Assembly: GCF_018977255.1 (NCBI RefSeq) | Contig: NW_024704743.1 | Coordinates: 105,712,001 to 105,776,000, forward strand | Direction: 5' to 3' | Source of the DNA: Callorhinchus milii | Taxonomy: Eukaryota | DNA: 64,000 nt | Shown here: positions 1 through 13,246 of the stretch, piece after piece | How positions within the stretch are numbered: the first letter of the stretch is position 1 | Layout: each line of letters begins with the position of its first letter | Position numbers and translations under genes: made by a program | Notes under the pieces: model-generated | The model's input: the letters and a program-made list of their open reading frames with translations, nothing else | Databases searched by the model: none | Told to the model about the DNA's origin: nothing

Positions 1-224
1 TTAGCATTCACGACCCTGTGAATGTCAGTAAATGTAGACTGTAAAGTTCAGTTTGTTTAGGATGATTTATTTGTTTATATCTCAAATGCAATTCTTATCA
101 AAGGCAGCATTAAATATTGAAGTGAAGGGATTCATATTTATTTAGTTAGCATCGATGATCATATTTATCAATAAAGTACAATTTCTCCAATTTTTTACCG
201 CATACAGTATATGTATTACTTTGA

Positions 225-920
225 GCTCGCAGTCTAGGCTAACATTTCAGTTGCAGTGCTGGGATGAATTGTCAGAAATGCCATCCTTTGGATGAGACAT
301 AAAACCAAGGTCCTGTTTGCCTGTTCAGATGGACCTTAAAGATCCCTGACACTATTTGCAAAGAGGAAGGAATTTCTCTTGATTTATTATGAAACCATTT
401 GGCACATTGTTTGTGCTGGCAAAGAGCATTCCTTTCAGCCCCATTTACTTGCCTTTTACCCATACCCCTGTAGGTAACTCATTTTTAGATATTTATCCAG
501 TTCCTTTTTGAAAGCTAATATGATTCTACCTCAACCACTGCTCCCAGCAGATCATTCCATATCCTAACTTCTCTGTGTGTTAAAAAAATCTCTGAACTTC
601 CCCATTTGCTCATTTTCAGTCTAACTTAAATGGAATCCCTCTAGTCATTGACTCACCAATCAGTGGAAATAATTTCTCCCTATTGACTCTATCAAAACCC
701 TTCATAATTTGAAAGACCTGGGCAACAATCCTCCAGATGAAATTGTCATTCATCTTGTGATTGTTTGTGAGACATTACTGTGTGTACATTGTGTTTATTT
801 ATTTATGTGTTCACCTGCAAAAATATACAGTCACTGAAACCTACAGTAAAATCCTGCGAAGCACTTGGAGACATTCTGACAGTGCGATAAAGCACTATAT
901 CAAATGCAAATGTTATTATT
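225..920 (+). mobile_element. Deu-domain SINE split by a CR1 fragment
   Basis: Core at ~250-420, 3' part at ~720-920. Confidence 0.75.
425..720 (-). mobile_element. Degenerate CR1 3' fragment splitting a Deu-type SINE
   Basis: Similar to the 12000-12330 CR1 end. SINE sequence resumes after it. Confidence 0.7.
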
Positions 921-1067
921 TACAAATAAAATTATGAAAAATATATAATCAGAGTGTGGGATTGAGGAAATGGTTATCAGTAATACAACAGGATAAATGA
1001 CACCTTGCAGAGGGAAAAGGGCCTCTAGATGTGAGAGGTTCTTCTCCAGTGAACCTCTAATATTTCA

Positions 1068-1350
1068 GCAACAACTTGCATTTATATAGCGCCCTTCATT
1101 GGAGTAGGATGTCGGAGAGCTTAATGATGGTGGAGAGAGGGGGGAGGTGACAGTAGATACGGTCAAAGAAGAAGATCTTCAGATGCGATCTGAATACAGG
1201 CAAGGAGGGGGCAAGGTAGGGGGATTGAGGCAGAGAGTTCCAGAGTTTTGGGGCATAACGGCTGAAAGCACAGCCACCGATGGTGGAGTGGAGGGAATGA
1301 GGGATGTGTAGAAGACTAAACCAGCTGAGCAAAGGGGGCAGGTTGTGAAG
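1068..1350 (-). mobile_element. L2 3' end fragment
   Basis: AFSRYAPKLWNSLP motif, tail gcgctatataaatgcaagttgttg. Confidence 0.85.
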
Positions 1351-2152
1351 TGGGTTGTCTCAGAGAAAAAATCTCCAGCTACATTTCTTTTCCTCCTGAC
1401 AAGTACTGTTTTCAACCCCCAAGTCTGGATTGCATGAGATAGAAGCATCAAAAGGGTTATTCACTAGTTTACCAATTTTGACAGGGGAGTGCATCTGATG
1501 TTTTTCCTGGCAGGTAAATTATTTCAGTCATGGGAGTGCGAGCTTCTCACGGGATTGTCATCATATATTCTTGCCAATGTCAGTAAATGTACTAAAAGTG
1601 GAAAAAAAGATGATTGCCCCCCCAAGATCTGTTGATGACAGGAGAATTAGCCCCAAGGAATATAACATGTTTCTAAAGGCTGTGTGTTACAATTTGTGAA
1701 TTACTTTTTGTGTGCTTTACAAATAGCTGTTTAAGTAGCAATTGAAACTGTAAAGGTTATATTCAACATTCATAAAAAGTGACGTATTTGTGTTTCTGCA
1801 AGATGACAAAAATGTAGAAATTGTGTGTCTATAATGATTTCCTAACAAAAACCTGCCTTTTCGTAATTTGTAAATCTTCACTGAACAATTAGAATGATGG
1901 TTCCTGGCGTTGGTTCAAAAATATCACAGATGATTCAGGGGAGTGTCAAAAGATGCCTTTCATTGAGTGAAGTAGCATTTGGAAGTCAATGTGACCTGTG
2001 GCATACAGAAGAGAATGCAAATTATACAAAGTACATCACAGCTATGAAGATGATACAGCAGTGACTCACTAGGATTCTACAAGGATGAGAGGTTATAGTA
2101 TTGAAAAGCTGGGATTGTTTTGTTGGAGTAGTAAAAGTCTAGTGGCGGGATT

Positions 2153-2517
2153 TAATAATAATTCTTGGATTTGATATGGAGCCTTATCACGTTATCGAGA
2201 CGTCTCAGTGCGCTTCACAGAATAGACTCTAAAGTGAATTGGCTGCATGTTTTGTGGGCGAACCGCAGCAGTAAATTGCGCAAGGTAGTGTCCACAAAAG
2301 TTGCAGATTGAGTGACCACATTTTTTTAAAAAAGGGATTATTACCTCCAGAAAGCAATTCACCAATTGACTAACAACTGGATTTCCAATGACTCCTAAGT
2401 AAATAGAGGCGTGTGGAGTTAGGAAACTTGCCTAAGGTTTAGCCTTGCCTGGAAATCGAACCCGGGTCCCTTCGCTTGTGAGGCGAGTGCTCTAACTAAT
2501 ACACTACAGAACGCCAC
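2153..2517 (-). mobile_element. SINE family A, full length
   Basis: Same head, body and tail as the 24985 copy. Confidence 0.88.
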
Positions 2518-3704
2518 CATATGGTGTCTTATAGATAGATCCAAACTAACCCCTAATGGAAACCATTCATGAAAGCAAATCTGTATTTTTGGCTCAGCTG
2601 TTCTTGATTTAGAAATGTAAAAGCTATTTCTCCCAGTGGAGTAAATTAGCCTTTATTGATGGAAGTGCAGTACATAAAAAGCCCTTACCTAATGTACACT
2701 AATGATCTGTGCAGTGCCCTTCAAGTGCAAAATACTGGAGGACAAAGTATGGAATGAGAATATCCCACTTAGTTCAGCATGTCCATGCGTACCATCAGAA
2801 ATTGTGTATTTTTGGACTATGGACTTTACCGGATGTATTTAATCTCTCAGAGTTTATGATTCACATATAACTAAATGGAAAACTTGACAAGATGAATCTC
2901 AATATATTTCTTCCACACACTGAAGGTAATCTTAAGTAAATGCTGGGATATCAATTCAACATTATTCAACCCTAACATGTTACAGTCAATATAATTCTAA
3001 GAAGAAGGATTATTATTACATCAAGAGACATTGTATTCCAAGGACTATTTTTATCATATGTCTATCTTACTCCTTAATACTTTCAATCCTCTTCGCAATC
3101 AGATATTCATCCAGCTCCTTTCTATTTGATGTTTGGTACATCCACAACTTTTGCGGAGGAAGAAATCTCTTGATGATGTCGAGTTTCACTTGAGACTTGT
3201 TACTTTAAATATATTAGAATCTGTTACCAAAGCAGAGCAGTTTGGTACTGCACCATTAAATCTCTGCTTTCTGGTCAGAAAAATATATTTTTATGTACAA
3301 TATTACATAGACTTACATAGACTGTACAGCAGGCCATTCAGCCTAACCTAGTCCATCCCAATGAGAGTGTCCACCCCTCCTAATGCACTCTCCCGTACCC
3401 CTCTATTCTCTTCTCCCTCAATCGCTTTGAGACATCCTGTTAACATCAAAGGTGCTACATAAATGTAAATTGTATTGTATTGCATTATTGCTCCAGGAAT
3501 AAACATAAATTTCCAAATAGCATCACAAGCTTAGATCTGAATGGTTAACTCAACCTTTCACGGTATCCTCCTAGGAGGGATGTAAGTCAGATTTCCCTAG
3601 GGTTAAACTGACACTGAGGAGACATTTCTGGGAAACCCAGTAACTAAGCCAGGATTACAGTAACTAAAGACAAAACACTTAGAGAATTAGATAATATAAG
3701 ACTA

Positions 3705-4455
3705 TAAAATGATATTCCTTACATTTAATATAGCACCTTTCATGTTGAGGGGATATTTCAAAGCTATGTGTAGGATTTTTACTGTAAAAGTGCAGTGACT
3801 ACATTTTGTAGACAAATGCAGGAGCCAACTTGTGCACAGAAATGTCCCACAGAGAGCCATGAAGTGAGTTACCAATTTTATTTGGTGGATTGTTGGCCAG
3901 GACACTGGAAGAACCTACTTTCTCTGTTCAAATAATGCATGGGATCTTTAATGGATACCTGAACAGGTTTTGTATTATAATAATCCTTGCATTTGATATA
4001 GCGCTTTTCACGTCGGGAGGACGTCCCAAAGCGCTTCACAGAATATACTGTAAAGTGAATTGACCGTATATTTGTGGGCGAACGCAGCAGCCAATTGCAC
4101 ACAGCAGTGTTCCACAGACAGTCGTGGATTGAGTGACCAAATTATTATTATTGAGTTTTATGTAGCACCTCCAACAATACAGAGCACCCCCAGGACTGCA
4201 TTGGAGTATCAGCCTATATTATGTACAACCCAGTGTGGAGCATTTTGCCTCAGAGGCAGAAAGCTATGAACCTAGCCAAGCTGACACCTAATCATGTACC
4301 CAAATTTTCTGACAATGTGACCGACACACTCCCAGCATTGCATTGGAGCGGCAGCCTAGAGTATATAAATTCAATCCCCTCCACACCCCACCCTCCCATG
4401 TGGGGCTTGAATTCACAGACTTCGAATTCAGAGGCAAGAGTGCTACCAACTGAAG
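3705..4455 (-). mobile_element. Deu-domain SINE pieces with a nested truncated family-A copy (3978-4145)
   Basis: Tail at ~3705, head at ~4400-4455. Confidence 0.7.
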
Positions 4456-5144
4456 CAGATACATCACAGATATGACTGCAAGTCAAAGTCCTAATTGGTG
4501 GTATGAGCCTTCCTGGACAAGTACTCTGATGTTCCATGGTGTACAAGATCTCTGATCTTCATTCCTATTCTTTTCAAACTCAGGAAATATCTCGAAAAAA
4601 TATTACTATTGATACATCGATTTAATTCTATTTTGAGCAGTGTTCTAACAGTCTACTATGTGGAAATATATTTCAGATTGATTGGCCTATTCTGATGTTG
4701 CGAGCCAAAAAGAAAAGCAAACAAAACTTGTTCTAATGCATCTCAGGGGTTAGAATATCTGCCACCAGAACCACAGACTACAGTTGATACAATGTGTAAA
4801 TTCTTGATCCAGGAGCACCTGTGAGCCAACCTTTTGTACATTGTTTTTAAATCATTTACTCTTCATTAATTAGAATAATGAACAATAATTAGACATTAAG
4901 AGGGGAGGTCTCTGGAGGGTGAACCAGACTTGCTTCTCCACTGCTCACACATTATGGAGAGTGACGATAAATATGAATCTTAATTAACTGACAGCCTTTT
5001 GCATTGCTTGTTTTGCATAAACCAATTAGGAAGCATTTGATCCTTTGATTTTGAAGTAAATTATTGTATGTTTGCATTAGCCAAAGCTTGACATTAAAGG
5101 AGTTTTACCCAAAACATTGTTGAGTATGAAAATCTTAATTATTA

Positions 5145-5560
5145 TTAATAATATTAACATTTGAGAGAGCACCTTTCATGTCAGAAGGACATCTCAAAGT
5201 GCTTCCCAGGATTTTACTGTAAAATATAATGACTGTGTATTTTGTTAGCAAACACAGCAGCCAATTTGCACACCGCATAGTGAATGATAAAGTTTATTTA
5301 GAGGATTGTTGGCCAAGACCGGGAGAAACTCTTTTTTCTTCGCATGTAGTGCCATGGGTTCTTTAAAATCCACCTGAACAGGCAGACAGACCTTGGTTTA
5401 ACATATCATTGAAGGGCAGCACCTCCAACAATGCAGCACATTCCCAGCACTCCACTGCAGTATCAGTCTGGACTGTGAACTCAAAATTCCAACATGTTGC
5501 TCGAACCCACAACCTTCTAACTCTCTGAGGGAAGAGTACTATCATCTGATCCAGGCTGAC
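5145..5560 (-). mobile_element. Deu-domain SINE (family B), full length
   Basis: Reverse complement of the same head, core and tail. Confidence 0.8.
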
Positions 5561-5589
5561 ACATAATGTCCTTATCACCCTAGAAATAC

Positions 5590-5910
5590 AATAATAATAA
5601 TAATAATCCTTGCATTTGATATAGCGCTTTTCATGTCGGGAGGACGTCCCAAAGCGCTTCACAGAACACACTATAAAGTGAATTGACTATATATTTGTGG
5701 GCAAACGCGGCAGCCAATTGCGCACAGCAATGTCCCACAAACAATCGTAGATTGAAAATGACCAATTTATTATTGTTTTTGGTTTTGGAGGGATTATTAT
5801 TAGGCGTGTGGAGTAAGGAAACTTGCCCAAGGTTTCGCCCTGCCGGGAATTGAACTGAGGTCTCTCGCTTGCAAAGCAAGTGCTCTAACCACTGAGCTAC
5901 AGGACTCCAC
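5590..5910 (-). mobile_element. SINE family A, internal-deletion subfamily
   Basis: Head and tail present, central ~60 bp missing. Confidence 0.88.
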
Positions 5911-7677
5911 AATGCCAAATGCCTATATCCCAGACCTCTTCCATGTCTACTCCTTCGGTACATACTCTGAAGACCATAACAATGCAAAAGTGTGGGTTGT
6001 GTGTCTTTCAGCACAAATGATTTCTGTTTACCAGAAGATCTAACAAGAGATGACTGTTATCTGTGGATCTAGCGAAGTGACTGAAGCACAAAGCATGAGA
6101 AACAAGTGAAAGATGCAGAAGGGTATGAAATTGAAGGAAACAATCACACACAGGTTGCAATGTTTAAAGAGATTCCCTTTATCTTTTCTTCACCAGTTGG
6201 TTTTTTGGCCAACCCTATTAGTGAATAGTAATTCTGCTGTCCCAACTATCATTTCTCCTCTAAATCCATTGGACAAATCATTTTGAATAAGGGTTATTTT
6301 CTTGGAAATCGTCAATGATAGATTTCACTCTGCTCAGGATTGTGAATATGTAGGACATCGCCCTGTTTGAAGAATGGGTTTAAAATGTGTGTCAGACTCG
6401 ATAGTTTGCACTCTTGCCTCTAAGTCAGAAGGTTGTGGGTTTAAGCCCTAGGTTGGGACCTAAAGATCCCATGGCACTATTCAAAAAGAGAAGGAAGTTT
6501 CTCCTAGTGTGCTGGCCAAAAAACCCCAAAATAAAATCGGTTATGAGTTTCATGGTTGTGGAACGTTGTTGTGTGCAATTTAGCTGCTGCGTTCGCCTTC
6601 AAATATGCAGCCACTCCACTTCACAGTACATCCGGTGAAGCACTTTGAGTGTGTTCCAGATGTGAAAGGGCTCTATCAGATGCAATGATTGCAACTTATT
6701 CTGTAACCTGTGGGAATGAAACTTAATTGGAATTCAGATAACATTGATAAGGTACTTAACACACCAGAGGTTTGAAGTTTCTCATGGTTTTAGCCTTAAG
6801 ACCATTTTCTTTTTAATTTAAGATTGTGTAGAATTTTGGAACATTCTTAGTTAGTCTTAATTTGGAAGCTGTAGTTCATTTGAAAAAAACTTTTTCTGGA
6901 TACTGTTGAGCATTTTATTCACCAGAATGTTCTGGCTGTTATTTATCTTTATGCAACATATTGCAAAATGGAAAGGAACTTTGAGGGTGAGAAACTACAA
7001 ACCCAGGAAAACTACTACAGTCTTCGACTCAGAAATTAGTCTTTGAATTAGAAATCACAATATATTCAGAAAAATCTCAATCATACAATACAGAAATTAC
7101 AATCAGAAATCATAATGTTAAAATGAAAAATTGCCTCAATTTAACAGAACTACCTACAATTTAAAAAAGATTAGGACTATTAGAAATTTGGATGCCCACT
7201 ATGCTATATTGCCTATGTGATGTGACGTAGGTAGAGCAAAGATCACACATATTATAATATTAACTTTTCTTTATAAATTTTTTGTGTATTGGTTTTAAAT
7301 GCATTTTAAATCACAACCTAATTTATTCCCGAATCCTCATTGTCCGAGATTGTTATATTTGCTTACGGGGCACGGGTTGTGTTCAAGAAATGGTGAAGTC
7401 CTGTGAATCCTCAGCTGTAAAGTACAACAGCTACAACTTGCATTTATAACACACCCTTTACAGGGGGTAATAATCATAATAGTCCTTGCATTTGATATAG
7501 CTCATTATCACGTCTTCGAGACGTCTCAAAGAATATACTGTAAAGTGAATTGACTATAGTTTCTGGGGGAAATTTTGTGGGGCAGCGTCTCAGAGCAGTG
7601 AAGTATCCATGTCTTTGCAGCTCTCTCTCTCTCTCCCTCATTCTCTGTTCTTGACCACATTCTCCTTCCCTCCACAG

Positions 7678-7826
7678 CCCATGGGATCGGAGCGGATGGA
7701 GATGCGCAAGCGGCAGACCTCGGTGCAGCAGGAGATGCCAGGCTCTGCACAGGCCCAGCAGGCTGCTGGCAACCGCGGCTCAAATGCCTGCTGCTTCTGC
7801 TGGTGCTGCTGCTGCAGCTGCTCATG
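7678..7826 (+). CDS. RGS20: RGS20-like exon with cysteine string (PMGSERMEMRKRQ...NACCFCWCCCCSCS); ATG at 7681; upstream exon(s) not identified
   Basis: Long pyrimidine tract + CAG acceptor (AG 7676-7677), phase-2 GT donor at 7827. The MGSERMEMRKRQ and GSNACCFCWCCCCSCS motifs are typical of RGS20 (RZ family). Confidence 0.9.
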
Positions 7827-9410
7827 GTACGTCTTTCTGTCTATTTTATCCCAACTCCACAGAGAGGGCGGCTGGAAGGTAAATGCTAGCACGCTAGTTC
7901 TATGCTCAAATCACAGTAGGTGATTGTTGTTGGACTCCCCTCTCTCCTCCCGCACCCCAGCATCCAGTGCTTAAACAAAACTTGTACAACTGTTCTTTTA
8001 AGCAAAGAATATCACTGTGTAGCATTAGCCTGGAAGGTAAATAGCAGCACAGAGTCAGAACACATCTCTATGGGAGTCTGCTGTCGGACTGCACTGGTAT
8101 CAGCAAGGAGGCAAAGTGCTGATCTGTTGGGGTTTTTATTTCAGTCAAGCAAAAGAACCAAACCAAACACAGAATCTACAGCACCAAAATAGATCATTCA
8201 GCCCTGCCCGTCCGAATCAGAGTTTATACTTCACATGAACCTCCACTCATCATAATCCTCCCTCTCCAACCTCACCCATAGTCTGTTATTCCCTTATCCC
8301 TTGTGAAACCATCGAGTTTCCTCTTAAATGCTTTGATACTTTCTGATTCAACCATGTCTTCTGACAATGAGATCCAAATTTGCATGCAACAACAAATTAC
8401 TTTTGTATAATGCCTTTCACGTCGGGAGGACGTCCCAAGGTACAGATTGTTAACCCAACATACAAGATAAACTCCAATTTGCGGTAGACTTTTGACATAT
8501 CTACACGATGAGTATAATATGAATATTAAATATTGTTTTATTTTTTTCAGTTTGGAAAAACCTTTAAAGACCAATATTTTTTAGTATCAACGTTAACATT
8601 GCATTAAAGCATTTCAAGTTCATTTTTCAGAAGTTAGGTGAGTTCAGAATTGTGCAACCTATTGGAATAATATCAATTACTGAAAAATAAGGTTTTTAAA
8701 TCACTGACTGAGATTGTCACTGGAAGAATTATGGGGAAAGTTAAAGGAAACTTGTTAGAACATGGAATAGTTTGCCACAAAACAAAATAATCCTAATATC
8801 TGATATAATGCTTTTCCCATTAGGACAGGGTCTCAAAGAGCTTCACGAGATTTACTGCAAAGTGCAGTTACTGTGTATTTTGAGGTGAACTCGGCAGTCA
8901 ATTTGCACACAGCAGTGGCCCACAAACAGCCATGAAGTAAATGACCAATCTTATTTCAGGGATTGTTGGCCAGGACACCAGGAGAAACTCCTTTCTCTTT
9001 CGACTAGTGATTGTGGTGGGGCTGAGACCATACAAACATTTGAAGGGAATTGGCTAAACCTATTGAGACAAACAATAGAAAAGAATGTGCAGAAAGAGCA
9101 AGGAATTAGTATTCGAGTTATTAGCTTCATTGGGTGAGCTAGCGCTATCCAAGGTTTGATGGGCCAAATGGTCCTATGCTATAATTTCTATAATGGCCCT
9201 GATAGATTCTGCCTAGAGTGAGATGCACAACACAGTATTATCATCCATCGCAAATATAATGAAGTTAGTGTTAGGGTTGTCTCCTAAACCTGTACTGTGT
9301 CAACCCATTACATATTTGTGTTTCACCTGGAATCACAGCTTTGCGGACTGCATGATAGCATCTGACCTTCACGTACCTGGGAGATCAGAAGCTACACTGG
9401 AAATATAATA

Positions 9411-10030
9411 GAACACAAAATACTGCAGATGCTGGAAAGCTGAAAACAAAAACAGAAGTCGCTGGGAACACTCAGCAGGTCAGGCATCATCTCTGGAGAA
9501 AGGAAAGTGAATCAACGATTCAGATCCACAACCTTTTGTCAGAACTGGGGCATACTGGGAGAGAGAGACTTTTAAGGGCTAATAGAGAGGGGGGAAGCAG
9601 GGCAAGGAACACAAAGGAGAAAATGGGGTAGAGGGCAGGGGATGATGGGTTAAAGAGTTATTAATGATGCAGAACAAATCAGGGAGCGAAAAAGTGGTCA
9701 AGTCGAAAAGAAGAGCAAAACTTCTTCAAGATAGGCATTCCTAGAAGAGAAGTGGCAGTGAATTAAAATATAAACACAAAATAACGAAAACACAAAACAT
9801 AGATCTCTCCTTGCTTTGTTGCAAGTTCTTTCCCCTTCTCCTTTTTTCCTGCATTATTAACACCTCTATTCCCCAGCTTTTTCCAATCCCCTCCTTTGTT
9901 CTGCATCACTAACAACTCTTTAACCCAGTTCTGATGAAGGGTCGTGGAGCCGAAACGTTGACTCACTTTCCTTTCTCCATAGATGCTGCCTGACCTGCTG
10001 AGTTTTTCCAGCGAATTCTGTTTTTGTTTT
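9411..10030. mobile_element. Fold-back non-autonomous element (probably Penelope-derived) with a 14-bp TSD
   Basis: CTGGAAATATAATA at 9397-9410 and 10031-10044; inverted arms ~9442-9550 and ~9923-10031. Confidence 0.85.
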
Positions 10031-10613
10031 CTGGAAATATAATACCCTGGAATCCCATTGCTTCCATACAGTACTCAGTGATCAATTGTTTATTGAAAAC
10101 ATCTAGAAAACATCTAGCCAAGGCAACCTAATCAGATTGCACATGTTCACATGCACATTGCACATGTACATAAACCTATGGAATCTGAATGTGAAAAGAA
10201 AAGCAGCGCATTCTCCACCAAGCTATTGAAGTTACCCAGGGCAGACGCATGATTGTGAAACATGGATACTGTGCCATCAGATACATAGCAATGAGAGTAT
10301 ATGGGGCTTGATGAAATTTTTTGCTCGGAAAGTATTAGCAGCGTTACTGATGCCTAAGCACCTCGTGCAAGCAGTGTTTTCTGCAGGGAATTGCATGTGC
10401 ATCACACTGATTCAAGGCACCTCAGCTCTGAGACAATCTCAATTCGGGAGTCGACGATACGTCCATCGGTTTCTCTGCAGGAAATGCAGTTTGCACTTCA
10501 AGCTGCTTGTTTCCAGTGGCAAGGTGCCAGTAATGCTATTGCTTGCCGAGGAATGCTCTTCTGACTCCACTTCCCCTCTTTTCTTGGTCATATTTAGTGC
10601 GTAACATTTCAAG

Positions 10614-10885
10614 TAATAATAACAATAATCCTTGCATTTGATACAGCACCTTATCATGTCTTCAACACGTCTCAAAGTGCTTCACAGAATATACTGTGAA
10701 GTGAATTGACTGTGTATTTTGATGGGAGAAAGTGGCAGCCAATTGTGCACAGCAGTGTTCCATAAAATAGTCGAAGATTGAGTGACCAAATTATTATTAT
10801 TTATTAATATAATTTTTTTCAACAACTGGGTTCTTACTTACTACTAGGTAAAAATAGGCGTGTGGAGTTAGGAAATTTGCCCAAC
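10614..10885 (-). mobile_element. SINE family A, 5'-truncated
   Basis: Body and tail match family A. Confidence 0.85.
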
Positions 10886-11969
10886 TTTTCAGCTTACTAC
10901 ACTTTAGAGTATATACTAAAGTGTGACTGTGCATTTTGTCGGGGAATGCAGCAGCCGATTGCGATGTCCCACAAAGAACCATGTAATTAGTGAGTGAGTG
11001 ATTTTAACACGCGGGTTGGGTCACTCTCACTGAGCTGGGCTGACACATGGTTACTCACTCAGTATTCCAGATCAGCATGCTATATCAAGTTAGCTAAATT
11101 TAAGCATTGCAGTGTCTGATTGATTTGGACACTGTCCTGAAGAGCATTCAGATCAATTATGTTAGCAGTTCACTTGAACTTGGGGCTCTGCTCTCTCTAC
11201 AGGCGAAACTCTGAGGAGATCCAGAATCAAACCTTTCAGCTGGGTATTGCTTGCTTACTCTTGAAGTTCCATCACTGATCCTGTTACTGACAAGCCCTGG
11301 AGCAGGAGCATTCCAGACTGATACATTAATTCTTTCACTAACATTTTGTTAAAAACAAAAAGGACATGGAAATCTCTTTTGTCTTCAGTTTCCAGGACTT
11401 GGTATCAGTGCTCTCTTTCATAAGGTTACAAGAATTCTGCTCCTAAATTTTTATATTGCAGGTAAATGTTGTGCCATGTTGTGGACATTCTCCTTATACA
11501 AAATAAAGTGCTGGGTTTCTAAGGATTAGAGCTGTAATAACAGGGGAGTGTATTAAATTCCTTAGGTCTGTACAACTACAGTATTTTCATTTTTGAGCCT
11601 TTCAATTAATCTGGGTAAAATGAAATGGTCAGAACTGATTGAATTCAACATAAATGCAAAACAAAAAAAAGTATATTAAAAACTAAAACTTAATGTTGTG
11701 AATACAGTAGACTAGTGAAAAAGGGATGGCATTTTACATTGCAGAAAACTAAGCAAATGGAAATTATATTAGTATTGTTGTAAATTTATCGTTATTCTGC
11801 TGCTATTTGCTAGAGAGCCATGGGGATGCATCCTTCAGCCCTGCTCGGGCAATCATATAACTTGGCATTATGTGCTTGTATTGGAATTTTCCTATTTTAA
11901 ACATAGTGATTACATTTTCCTACAAGAGAAAAATGAACAATAATGTTGACCTAAACAATTGACAGACAA

Positions 11970-13165
11970 ATCATAGAATCATAGAATTATACAGCACAGA
12001 AGGAGGTCATTCAGCCCATCGTGTCTGTGCCGGCTCTTTGAAAAGATCTATCCAAATCAATCCCACTCCTCCACTCTCTCCCCATAGCCCTAAAAACCTG
12101 TCTTCCCCAAATAATTATCTACTTCTCTCTTAAAAGTTGTTATTGAATTGGCTTCCACCACCCTTTCAGGCAATTCATTCCAGATCCAAACAACTCGTGA
12201 AAATGTTCTCCTCACCTCCTCTGTTTCTTTTAACAACTATATTAAATTGGTGTCCTTAGGTTACTGACCCACCTGCCAGTGGAAATAGTTTCTCCTGTTG
12301 AATCCCTTCATAATTCTGAAAACTTCTATTGAGTCTCCTCTCAACCTCCTCTGCTCCAAGGAAATATCCTCGCTTCTCTAGCCTCTCCTCATAACTGAAG
12401 TCCCTCATTCCTGGTACCATTCTGGTAAATCTCCTTTGCACACTCTCCAATGCCTTGACATCCTTCCTAAAATCTGGTGCCCAGAACTGAACCCAGTACT
12501 GTAGCTGAGGCCTAACCAGCGTTTTATAAAGGTTCATCATAACTTCCTGACTTTTGTGTTCCATGCCCCTATTTATAAAGCCTAGTATCCCGTATGCTTT
12601 TTTAACGGCTTTGTCTACCTGTCCTGCCACTTTCAAAGATTTACTTATATGATGTTCCTTCACCCCCTTTAAGATTGTACCATCAGCTTACATTGCCTCT
12701 CCTCATTCTTCCTCCCAGAATGCATCACTTTGCATTTCTCACATTAAACTTCATGTGCCACGTGTCCGCCCATTTTACCAGTCTGTCTATGTCCTCTTGC
12801 AGACTGTATTATCCTCCTCAGTGTTTACTACTTTTCCTAGCTTAGTATCATCTGCAAACTTGGAAATTGAACTCCCTATATCCAAGTCCAGGTCATTCAT
12901 ATAGATCAAAAACAGCAGTGGTTCCGATACCAACTCCTGGGGGACACCAATGCACACTTCCCTCCAGTTAGAAAAACAACCGTTCACCACCACTCTCTGC
13001 TTTGTATATCCCAGCCAGTCCTGTATCCATGCTGTCACTGATCCTTTAATACTGTGGGCTTCTTTTTTGCTTACAAGTCTCTTATGTGGCACTTTATCAA
13101 ATGCCTTTTGAAAATCCATATAAGCTACATCAACTGCACTACCTTCATCCACCCTCTCCGTTACA
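11970..13165 (-). mobile_element. 5'-truncated CR1 LINE (RT C-terminus + 3' UTR, (ATTCTATG)n tail)
   Basis: YMDFQKAFDKVPH, SKFADDTKLG and LVRPQLQYWVQFWAP motifs, with frameshifts. Confidence 0.92.
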
Positions 13166-13246
13166 AAAATATAAAAAAAGTAGTTTTGTTTATTTGTATA
13201 GCTTCTTATCATGTTGAATGCCTCAGAGCGATTCATATTAATTACT

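Noticed and set aside
5363..6014. Recurrent short ORFs ending KRYIKCKDYYY
   Set aside because: Translations of the SINE tail, not a protein family.
1..7677. Upstream RGS exon(s) or promoter
   Set aside because: The acceptor at 7677 implies one, but nothing here is supportable. It may lie outside the window.
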